A DNA stretch of 64,000 nucleotides from Octopus vulgaris (lineage: Eukaryota): positions 22,010,001 to 22,074,000 of the forward strand of contig OX597827.1 of the NCBI GenBank assembly GCA_951406725.2, read 5' to 3'. The translations under genes and the position numbers were made by a program. A model generated the notes under the pieces. That model saw only the letters and a list, made by a program, of their open reading frames with translations. It was not told the DNA's origin and ran no database searches. This document shows, piece by piece, positions 37,891-49,294 of the stretch (positions within the stretch are counted from its first letter, which is position 1; each line of letters begins with the position of its first letter).

Positions 37891-38121
37891 TATTTCTTTA
37901 TTGCCCACAAGGGGCTAAACATAGAGGGGACAAACAAGGATAGACAAAGGAATTAAGTCGATTACATCGACCCCAGTGCATAACTGGTACTTAATTTATT
38001 GACCTCGAAAGGATGAAAGGCAAAGCCGATCTCGGTGGGATTTGAACTCACAACGTAACGGCAGACGAAATATGGCTACGCATTTCGCCCAGCGTGCTAA
38101 CGTTTCTGCTAGCTCGCCACC
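37891..38121 (-). mobile_element. SINE family B copy nested in the tail of a family A SINE
   Basis: Full reverse-complement copy with flanking duplication ac(c/t)gataaaaatata. Confidence 0.82.
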
Positions 38122-38315
38122 TTCAACTGATAAAAATATATTTATGTATATATCTGTACATACATACATACGTATGTATGTATTTCTTTCTTATTCAATT
38201 GGCAGAAGTTAAAAAGTATGCATGGCAAGGAAGATGAAATGTTCTTGTTAACCAAATTCATTTAAAACTGAGAGCTTTATTGATATCAACCTGGGATTTT
38301 AAAATCATTTTTGCT

Positions 38316-38351
<36 letters not shown>

Positions 38352-38476
38352 AACAACTGTAAGGACAAGCAAGTTAGGCAAGTCAATATACAAAAAATAT
38401 TAAATACATTTAATACAAAAAATGTACATACGTATGCATATAAGCAAAATCTGACTTCCAGAATATAAATATAATT

Positions 38477-38820
38477 GCCGGGTCATAGTGCTAGTGCATG
38501 CATACACAGCTGCGTGCGTACGCATATACACGCGAGTACTGTCCAAATCTCCGACCAATCACATACAGTTAGCTGGCATTCAATTGGCACATCAAGTTTC
38601 AGACATTTTGATTGGGTTTTGGATAGAAAATTCACAAAAAGTCACTTCTATTGATTTTTTAATAGCTTTGTGGGGTGACTGGGGAAATGTAAAGATGTGC
38701 AAGACCTCCCTTGGACGGTTTTGAATGACCATAGAAAGTGTGAGCCCTCTAACTGAAAAATTGTGGATTTGTATAAAGGACACACACACACAGACATTTT
38801 GCCGTTTATAAATATAGAGA
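38477..38820 (-). mobile_element. Inverted sister copy of the Helitron-type element, 3' hairpin truncated
   Basis: Reverse complement of 38823-39170 with scattered substitutions, joined head-to-head at agagatatctct. Confidence 0.7.
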
Positions 38821-38822
38821 TA

Positions 38823-39191
38823 TCTCTATATTTATAAACAGCAAAATGTCTGTCTGTCTGTGTGTGTCCTTTATACAAATTCACAATTTTTCAGTTAGAG
38901 GGCTCACACTTTCTATGCTCATTCAAAACCGTCCAAGGATGGTCGTGCACATCTTTACATTTCCTCAGTCACCCTGCAAAGCCATTAAAAAATCAATAAA
39001 AGTGACTTTTTGTGAATTTTCTATCCAAAACCCAATCAAAATGCCCGAAACTAGATATGCCAATTGAATGTCAGCTAGCTGTATCTGATTGGTTGGAGAT
39101 TTGGACAGTACTCACATGTATGTGTGCACTCACGCAGCTGTATATGCATGCACTAGCACTATGACCCGGCGTTGTTGGGTCATAGTGCTAG
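38823..39191 (+). mobile_element. Non-autonomous Helitron-type element
   Basis: It has a 5' TC start (tctctatatttataaa), a GTCT/GT microsatellite near the 5' end, and a 3' hairpin actagcactatgaccc...gggtcatagtgctag ending CTAG followed by T. Confidence 0.7.
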
Positions 39192-42100
39192 TCATTTATA
39201 TTCTGGAAGTCCAACTTTTTTTTATATGCATACATATGTACATTTTTTGTATTAGATGTATTTGATATGGTTTGTATATTGACTTCCTAATTTGCTTGTC
39301 TTTACATTTGCTCCTCTACCTACTCAAGTTCAAATCCCTTGAGCACTACAAAGTGGACTCTATACAGAGAATATCTGTCTCTAATCTATATATCATCATC
39401 ATCATCATTGTTTAACGTCTGCTTTCAATGCTGGCATGGGTTGAACGGTTTGACTGAGGACTGGCAAACCAGAAGGCTGCACCTGGCTCCAATGTGATCG
39501 AGCAAAGTTCCTAATACCAACCACTCAAAGAGTGTAGTGGGTGCTTTTACATGCCACCGGCACGAGGGCCAGTCAGGTGGTACTGGCAACGACCATAGTC
39601 AAAGGTGTTTTTACATGCTACCTGCACAGGAGCCAGTCTGGTGGCACTGCCAAAGACCACGCTCGAATGTTGTTTTTCACATGCCACCGGCACATATGCC
39701 AGTAAGGCGATGCTGGTATTGGTTCCACATGAAAAGTACTGCTGCTGATGCCACATAAAAAGCACTCATTATTTTCTGTAAAGTGGTTGGCATTAGGAAG
39801 TGCATCCAGTTGTAGAAATTGTGCCAAAACAGACAATGGAACCTAGTGCAGCTCCTGTCAAGCTGTCCAACCCATGCTAGTTTGGAAAATAGATGTTAAA
39901 TGATGATGATGATGATGGCTCTTTAATTTAATTTAAACGTAGTAAACCTAATATTTCTTGAATGGATTATAGAGCAGGATATTTAATTCATAATTTCTAT
40001 ATGCATTTATCATATGCCCAGTAGAAATATCTCCTCCCCCCCCAACTCCACTCTTTACTTAGTTACTTTCAAATTTCCTCTCTATTTTAACTTATATGCT
40101 TTCTTCCTTTCCAATGATTAAAATTGTGGGGATATTGTAGTAATTCTCATTTCTCTCGTTTCACTGTCCCAGCTTGCTTTTAAATTTGATGACACTTGGA
40201 TCTATCAGCTGCTGTGGTTTTGGCAAATTCAACTAAATCAAATTGATACGTCTTTCATCTACAATCTCCATTTACTGAATTATTTGGATGGAAAATTCTT
40301 GTTGTTTGTAACTCGTATACAATGCAACAACAGCACCTCCAACAGTATGTATGTTTGTTGAAAACTCTTAAAATCTATCATGATAACTTCAGGCTGTAGG
40401 GAGAATGGTTGAGGGCTGTTTCATGGAAACAGATCCTCTAGTCACCTGACACAATTGTAATCTCAAATAAAGTTATGGAACAACATTATCTTTACCTTTT
40501 ATTCTGATTGCTATATAGTATATCACTCACCAGGTGATGTGCAAGTACAGAGCTATTCCTGGATTATATTTATAAAATAATATGTACGTATGTGAAACAT
40601 TCAGGAACTAACAGCTATTGCCAGTGCACAGAAACAATTGTTGTGATTTGGATTAAAGCTGTTCATTCCTTCTTCATCATCACCATTATTGACAGGAGCT
40701 GGCCAAGTAGAAAAACTACCCTAGGCTACTGTGTCTGTTTTGGCTGGGATCTTACGACTGGATGCTCTTCCTGAGTCCCCCAAATTTTCGGGCCTTGTGC
40801 CTAGAGGAGAAAAGGATACACAAACAGACATGCATGCACAATCACACAGATGTGTTTCCTAACGAGCTTAATTGAAAGTGAGCTTCATTAAGCTTCCTAA
40901 TTAGACTCTGTTTTGTTTGTATTCAGTGCTTTTCAAGTGGCACTAGCACAGGCAAGGTTAATTTTAGTGTGATTTCTTCTTGTATTATAATCGTTTTTGT
41001 ATATCTTCTTGTGTGTTTTGTGTATTTCCCTCTTGTTCACTGATTTGTAATAACCAATGACTTCTTGGCAATGTTGTTTGCTTGCAGACCCTTATGAAAA
41101 GTTGTTCGTCTTCTTGTTGATTTAATTGGCTGGGTGGTTATTACATTCCTTGCATACAAGTGGGATTGGTGGCAGGAATAATCCTTCCATGGTATACGTT
41201 CATTGGACCAAGGCCAGAATGGATAAGTAGATGTTAAAATGATACCGCCTCCCTCCAAGTGTCCACAAAACTGCATTCACCTCTCCTCCATCTCCCACTC
41301 ACCCTGTCCAATCCTCTCTACCCCTTCACACCCTCTAACTTGGAGGTATTCCCCTATACATCTTCCTCACCATCTTCTCTCTCCTTCCCTTCCTCTCTAT
41401 TTCTCCAACTGTGGTACCTCTGTATCTCTTCTGCTGCTCTCCCTCAATCATTCTCTAACTGCTCATCACCTGGCACAAATCCATGTCTTGCAACACTATT
41501 CCCCACCCCTTGAAGTGGGTCTTCACTTGCAAAGTACTTGGTGACCTCACTAGTGCTGGTGCTGCATAAAGGACATACAGCACACTCTCTGAAGTGGTTG
41601 GCATTATGAAGAGCATCCTGTTGTAGAAACCATACCAAAGGAGACAGTAGCGCTTGGGGGAGTTCTCTGGCCTTGGCATCTCCTGTCAAGCCATCCATGG
41701 CTTGACAGGTGTGTGTGTGTTTCCAGATTATGGTTGGAAGGATATAGAATCCAAGTGGGCACCGTAGTCGCTTTTATTGGATATTAATGCTGGCTGACCT
41801 CTGTGAGTGTATAAAAAACTCCAGTCAGTTTGATTTACTAACCTCAGTCTATCTTCACATTGGTAAATCCATGTCTCTTTAGGGACTGCACTATTCCATA
41901 GTATAAACAGCCATGTGCAATGTGTTACCATAAAGGAAAAAATATAATTGTCAGGATTCCTACATTGCTAGAAATAAGAGCTAAAATGCTCTAATGCTGT
42001 AGGAAAAGTACATAATTGTATATGTATATGCTCATATATCTGCCATTTGGTAATTATGACACATTCCCTAAAAGCAGAGACAATGTTAATAAACCATGAA

Positions 42101-42871
42101 TTTATGTTGTATGGTATTTGATGAGCCTGTATCTGTTTATAACACTGGCTGCTCCAGGTTATTTCTTTTGCTTATTTTCATATAAATTATGCAAATTGTC
42201 TTGGCTATAAATATTTTCTTTTGTCTAAGTCTCTTGGCTCTTGAAGATAAGGCAATTGTTGTGCTGATGATGGCCATTGAGCCAGAAACACGTGTGCACA
42301 GCAGCTCCAGACACTAAGCATGTCCCTTTCCTTTATGGCATGTCTGGAGAGCTTTTGATTCTTGAAATGATTTTGCCTTCTCATATGGTGCTGGTCTTAA
42401 TTGCCATTTGGTTATTTATAATACATCCTTTAGAGGTGGAGATAATTTTAATAAATCAAGAATTTATGCTGTATGGTATTTGATGTACCTATATTTGTTT
42501 TACACACACACACAATATTATCTGGGTAATACCCTCATAATGTGCACTTCAAAGCTCCTATCCTGTTATTGGCTACCATATGTCATCATACAGCAGGGAT
42601 GTTCCTTGAGCTGGAGAAACATGTGAAACTCCATTAGTGTATAGGATTTATATAAAAATTTAGACAAGAAGATGATGGAATAAACAGGTTTTAATTATAA
42701 ATTACAACATTTGTTTGTGTGCAATAACATTTGTTTGTGTACAGCAACAGCTGTACATAAAAGCGACTACATAAAATTATTCTAAAATTACATATGATCC
42801 AGCAACAGCTGTGTGCGGGCACTTCATTGGGTAGATTACTTGTAAAGTACTATTATATATATATATATATA

Positions 42872-43085
42872 TCTACTATATATTTGTGAAAAGGGCAGAC
42901 GTTGTCTCACAAGCAGTTGTGCAGGCAAGAGTGTTAGTAAATGTGGTCGGATTGACCTGGAAATTTTCACATCCATGTTAAAAGTGCTGGGGAGTTTGCT
43001 CAATTGCAAGGCGTGGCCTCTTGGGCAAAATTCCTCATCTTTAAAATATGGCCTGAGTAAACCGGAATGAAATCAGGTTATAATA

Positions 43086-43090
<5 letters not shown>
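42872..43090 (+). mobile_element. Possible short Helitron-type element
   Basis: It starts TCTACTATA after (TA)n and ends with a cctga...tcagg hairpin then actaat, a degenerate CTAG-T. Confidence 0.4.
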
Positions 43091-43135
<45 letters not shown>

Positions 43136-43221
43136 ACCGTTATAATGGTCCTGTTTTCATACCGAATTCTACTTGGTGAAATTTATTGATTACTTCGTAA
43201 TTAATTAGTTTTACCCTTAAT

Positions 43222-43275
<54 letters not shown>

Positions 43276-44122
43276 AGGTGTGTGGAGTCCTATTATAAAT
43301 CTATAATTACTATAATTAGGTTCACTTGTGATATTTACTCTATAATTAGATGAAGCTATGGTTTACAGAACATGGCACTACATAATTTCTGAGGCATGAT
43401 CGACAGTAACAGACTGATCAAATTCTACTCTGATGGTTGTGGGGTCTACATTTTGCGAGGTTATTGTTGAGCTTCTATCCCCGATTTCATCACCCGTATG
43501 GTAGTGATGTTACTGCAGGGGTGTATCCCTGGTGGTGTGGTGGAGGTGGCGGTAATCGATTGTAGCTAATTCTTTGCTTAGTGGAAGTGGTAAGGTCGTG
43601 ACTCGTTTTGTAATTTAGCCCCTGGTCACCCCTGATCGAGCAAACCTTCGATAAAAGGCTTTCCGCCCATGATCATCTCTTCTATAGCTAATATGCATGG
43701 ACACGTTATCAGACGTGTTTTGGCGAAGGTAAAGAATACGCACACCACCCGTGTTGTTTTTAATATTTTTTTTTTCTATTACGGCGGAATTGATCTGAGA
43801 AAAATTTAATTGCTATTTCTAGCGGTTCGAATGACCATATTGAGGCTGATTGGTGCTGATGGCGGTGTGATTGCTGCTGATCATGCAGATGCTTCTTTGT
43901 AGCCTGTCTCCTTTGTACACGTGTAGATCTAATTTTGTCTTGTCCTATTGCCCGTTCACTGCTACCACATTCTCACGGTGACACATACCAGCTATTATAC
44001 TAACATCTCTCTCTCTCACACAATAATGTATGTATGCGATGTATGTTTGTGTGTGTGTGTGTGTGGTGCGTATGAACTGACTCCTTATAATATTAATAGC
44101 CAGCTATATCTATTTATGCGTG

Positions 44123-44153
<31 letters not shown>

Positions 44154-44369
44154 CCACGCACACTCACCAACCCGAAACTCTATCAGTCCGTAACAAGATA
44201 CCGATACTTATTGAAAAACACCGTTATTTCTCGCCGTATGCTGGCCTATAAATGTTTTTAGCCCATTCACGTTTCTTCCAGCCAATAGGTTTTACTAAGC
44301 TTATCCACCTTACGATTACGTTGATAAAATTTACATAATTTTTTGTAAGGTGAAGGAAGAATTACGGAC

Positions 44370-44420
<51 letters not shown>

Positions 44421-44938
44421 ACCCACAGGTTTGCCTTTGCCATCACCGATTTCCATAAAATTTCCCCCCTTACTTTCTCAGATCCCTATGTTTGAAACGT
44501 CAGTCTTACCCAATATATACGCTTAAATAGTGAAATGCTGAAAAAAAAAAAATAAAACAAAACATTTTTCTGACACAATATCGAAATGAATGAGAAGGAT
44601 TTGAACCTCCACGCCCAAATTTGTTTTAATGCTATCAACAGAAAAGTAATGTACACTATCAGAAACGTACCTCTCTAAAATTATATTAAAAGTATTGTTT
44701 TTCGAAATTTAGGAAGAAACGAGGCCGTGAGATGGCACTCGCTTAATCTATAGTTATGGCATGTTTACCAATAGGAACTTGTTAAATATCGTTCTTGAAT
44801 GGTTCGAGACGGGTTGGCCAAGCCAGACGCGTGTGTGTAAACATGTGATTGGTTGGCAAGTTTAAATAACAACACTTTATCTCTGGAACATCTACAACAA
44901 TGAAAATGGGCAATTTCGTTCTGAATCGAACATATGGC

Positions 44939-45220
44939 GGTACTACTAGCGAACAGTGGTCCCGGTGCGCGCACACGTGCAGTCGCGCATCCGCGCTAGC
45001 TAGTCGTGACTAGTCGATCCTGCAACGACTGCCTAGCAAAGTAAATAAAACACAAAATAAATAATTTTTTTACACAAAGTAAATAATTTTTGTTAAAGTA
45101 AATAAAACACAAAGTAAATAATTTTTTAAACAAAGTAAGGATCGACTAGTCATGTCTAGCTAGCGCGGATGCGCGAGTACGCGAGTGCGCGCACCGGGAC
45201 CACTGTTCTCAAGTAGTACC
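44939..45220. mobile_element. Merlin-like MITE, family 2
   Basis: CpG-rich TIRs of about 80 bp begin GGTACTACT. The 8-bp TSD CATATGGC lies at 44931-38 and 45221-28. The interior is A-rich with caaagtaaataa repeats. Confidence 0.82.
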
Positions 45221-45954
45221 CATATGGCTTATTGTAGATTTGTGTGTGTGCCTGCGTGCGTGTGTGTGTGTGCCTGCGCGTGTGTGTGCGTATGTGCGTC
45301 GTGCTCCAATATGTGTGGCATGATTTCTAAGGCCGGATACCCACCCATCCTAATGCCAACCCTCTACAGCGTGCTATAAGTGGTTTTTCTCATGCCGCCA
45401 GCACTAGTGAGGTAGTAAGATCATCATATAGCTTGCAAGGCCACAAGCCTCAAGTAGAGGGGGGTGGATTTATGTCAGGAGCATAAAGAGTTGAGAGGGG
45501 GAAAGTATGAGAGAAAAAGGTCCAACTCAGAACAGGTTTCTTGCTGAATAAAAGCTACATGACTACTCACGTTTTAGAACAAAAGATGGGGGGGGGGGGG
45601 GGCTAGAAATCGGTGATGAGATGTCAGGGTGAACCTTCAAGGAATAAGAAGGGCAGGGGTGCCAGAAGAGAGTGGGTGGAGTGGCAGTTGTCTAACATTG
45701 TCGGGCAGTAGAATAGAAATGATGATACAGTAAATAGGGGGATGGAAAAGAGCTGATATGCTGTTGGGTAGGATGCAGGGGTGGATGGGAAGAGAAGAGG
45801 CAGGTGCAGTGTGTGAAGAAGAAGAAGGTGAGATGTATGGTGGGGCTAGAGGAGAGGAAATTTGGTAGGACTGTAGGTGAGTGGGTGCTTAATGACAGTA
45901 TGGGTGGGGATCAGAAAGTTAGATAACAAGTGAAGTGGTTCTGGGTCATAAGAA

Positions 45955-46350
45955 AAGTGGTCAAGAAGTTTGTTTCCCAACCACATGGTTCTGGGTTCAG
46001 TCTCATTGTGTGGCACTTTGGACAAGTGTTTTCTATTATAGCCCTGGGGCCAACCAAAGCTTTCTAAGTGGATATGATAGATGGAAACTGAAAGAAGCCC
46101 ATTGCATGTAGATATACATACATACATATGTGTGTTTGTATCTGTGTTTGTTCCCCCCCACCACCACTTGACAACCAGTTTTGGTGTGTTTATATCTCTG
46201 TAGCTTAGCAGCTTGGCAAAAGAGACTATTAGAATAAGTACCAGGCTTTAAAAATATCAATAAGTATTGAGGTCAATTTGTTTGATTAAAATTCTTGAAA
46301 ACAGTGCCCCAGCATGGCCACTGTCCAATGGCTGAAACAAACAAAAGATA
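45955..46350 (+). mobile_element. SINE family A copy
   Basis: Same head, core and tail as 11486-11850. Other copies lie near 270, 6246, 7600, 31990, 32725, 33512, 37505, 54618, 59075 and 60790. Confidence 0.8.
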
Positions 46351-47488
46351 AGAGGAGGAGGAACTGCAGTTGGGGAGGTGATGGGTGGTGTGTGTTTTAA
46401 GGAGGAAGGGAATTGGGTGGAGGGCCTAGTTGTGCGCACACTCACACTCTCTCTCTCCCCTCCCCTCCCGCCCCTCCATCCTCTCTCTCCCCTCCCTCCC
46501 TTAGCTCTACCTACAGAAGCTCAGTTTTGCTGATGTGGATGAGTTTTCTCAAGAACCTCATATTGTCAGTCATCCTGACCCTTTGTCAACCTGAGGTTAG
46601 TCTTTACCATCTCATCCCCTGTCTTCCTGGGTCTCCCACTTTTGCAAATTCCATTCACTTTTAGTGACTGGATCTTCATTATACAGCTATCCTCATCTAA
46701 GCACATCAAATACCAGCACAGCCTTCTTTCCTGCCCACAACATCTGATTTCTCTTATGTCCAGTTTTTCTCTCAGCACATTTATAATACATCATTCATGC
46801 ACACAGCACATGTTTGCTTCATTTCTTTCCAGTCTTCTCAAGTCTTCTGCATTCAAAGTCTATATCTTAACACCATGCAGCATTGCAGTTCTAATACAAA
46901 CGTCGTACAATCTGCCCTTTGTTCTAAAGGAAAAGATCTTTGTTGACAGTAGTGGTAGTAACTCCCTAGAGGGGACTGAGGAGTGAACCTTAATGGACTC
47001 TTACCTTTATATTAAATTCCTCACTGAAATTATTGCTGAATCTCTCTTAAATCACTACATCCTTGTACGTAGTTTGTACAGCTCTCACAAGCCATTCATC
47101 AAAACCTAGTCTCTTTACTAACCACCAAATTACTGAGCATGGCATCCGTCAAAAAGACTCTAAATCAATAAAAGCTTGTAAGTATTTATGTATGCATTAT
47201 TGCTACCTAAGCTTATGAGAATATTGCACTTACAGGTATTGTAATTTCAGGATACAGTCTGTAATTTTGCCCTTATGGAAAATTGGATGAATTTTAACAA
47301 ATTCATCATCATCATCATCATCGTTTAATGTCCATTTTCCATGCTAGCACAGGTTGGATGGTTCGACCGGGGTCTGGGAAGCCAGAAGGCTGCACCAGGC
47401 TCCAGTCTGATCTGGCAGTGTTTCTACAGCTAGATGCCCTTCCTAACGCCAACCACTCCGTGAGTGTAGTGGGTGCTTTTTATGTGCC

Positions 47489-49294
47489 GGACTGATCGGA
47501 ATGCACACTAGCGTGCATTCGCAGAGCGGACGGAAGGGGCAGCGGCCTGTGGTGACTCACGCAAACTCTACCAGCTGGTGAAACAGGCTAGCCGAGGCAA
47601 TACGGGTATCAGTGAGATGATCCGTGATCGGACTGGCGCGGTCATTACAAATCTCAGTGACCGGCTTCTCCGAGCTGCTCAACCATCCGCCACCATCTTC
47701 ACAAACTTTCGTGCAGCCAACTGGGTACAACTACGGTTGCAGCACTGCCCCTCCAATGGTCGAGGAGGCACGCGGTGTCCTGACCTGTCGCCAGGTGAAG
47801 ATGGTATTCCAGCAGAGGTGTACAAAGCTGAGCCAGATGTCTTCGCATCAAGTCTTCTCCGCGGTGTGGGCGACAGAGCATTTCCCTGAGGACTGGAGTG
47901 ATGCAACCCTCCTGCTGTTCTTCAAAAAAAGGCGACAAAAAGCTGTGCTCAAACTATAGGGGCATTAGCCTTATCGATGTTGCTGCCAAATCCTTCGCAA
48001 TTCTTCTGCTGAAGACGTTCCAGACCGTCCGTGATGTCCGTACCCGCCCTTCTCAGGTGGCTTCCGTCCGGGAAGAGGATGTGTCGATCAAATCTTCAAC
48101 CTCCGGCGTGTTCTGGAACAAAGGTGGGCGTACCAGTAGCCCACTGTTCTATGCTTCATCGACTTCGCTGCTGCCTTTGATTCGGGAGGCGCTGTGGTGC
48201 ATAATGCAAGCGGACGGTATCCCAGAGAAGCTGCTCTGCCTCATACAAGGTTACTACCGATTGACTCGAGCACGCGTCAGGGTCTATGGTGAGCAGACGG
48301 CGCCGTTTGATGTTGGGACTGGTATGTGGCAGGGGTGTGCGCTGTCGCCAACCCTCTTCAACTACGCCATTGACTACGTTCTCAACACCACGCTCCAGGA
48401 CTACCGGGGCATAGAGGTTGGGAGAGGAGTCATGGTGACGGACCTGGCCTATGCGGACGACATTGTACTGATGGGTGCAAGCAGGGAGGATGTTCAAGCG
48501 GCTCTCAGAGGGGTTCAAACAGCAGCAGCCGTGGTTGGTCTCCGAAACAATGCCGCCAAATCGAAGGTGATGAGGTCGTTGGTTCCGACTGACATCTGGC
48601 AGCCAATATCTCTCGCAGGCGAGGACCTGGAGGATGTGGAGTCTTTCATCTACTTGAGCTCAACGATGATCCCAAACGGTCAGGGTGCAGCTGAGGTCGA
48701 TCATCGCATCAATGCTGCTCGATCTGCCTTTGGATGCCTAAAGTGGTGTCTGTGGGACCGAAGAGAGATCTCATCGGTGACCAAGGGGCGAATATATCAG
48801 GCCATCGTTTGTACAGTACTTCTCTATGACTTGGAAATTTGGCCTATGTGGGTGGTTGATCAACAAAGGCTGGAAGTCTTCGACAATGACTTCCTCCGGT
48901 GCATTCTTTGCTGCTGTCAGGTGGATCGAGTTCCCACCACCAATCTCCGACTTCACCTGTCTCTGTGGCCCCTTCCATCTGTCCTTCTGCAACAGCGCTT
49001 GCGGTGGTTTGGCCATGCATGTAGGCGTCCAATGGGTGAACTGAGCCATGATGTCCTTCTCCCAAGTCCACTTCCCAACTGGCGGAAATGTGCGGGCGGG
49101 CAGCTCAAGACCTGGGTTATGACGATCAAGGAGGACCTCTCCGTGCTCACGGAACCGCAGGTGCTTGTCCTGCACTGATGGAACCGTGAACTGGTGCAGG
49201 ACTGTCGTGCGTGGGCTGCCATGGTTCGAGATGCCTTGAGGGTGGTAGAAGAAGCCGACTCAACCCGCCCAGGGTGAATGTCGCCACAAGTAAG
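47489..49294 (+). mobile_element. 5'-truncated RTE-clade LINE (reverse transcriptase, frameshifted)
   Basis: RT motifs are KKGDKKLCSNYRGISL, QGCALSPTLFN, LAYADDIVL, FIYLSS and RLRWFGH. There is a 3' caagtaagta tail and a probable TSD tatgtgcc (47481-88) / tacgtgcc (49295-302). It is inserted inside a minus-strand SINE. Confidence 0.93.

Noticed and set aside
41088-41236. Frame with TGA after Cys (SCSSSC*FNWLGG...) considered as a selenoprotein exon
   Set aside because: No selenoprotein family resemblance and no SECIS element were identified, so a chance stop is more likely.
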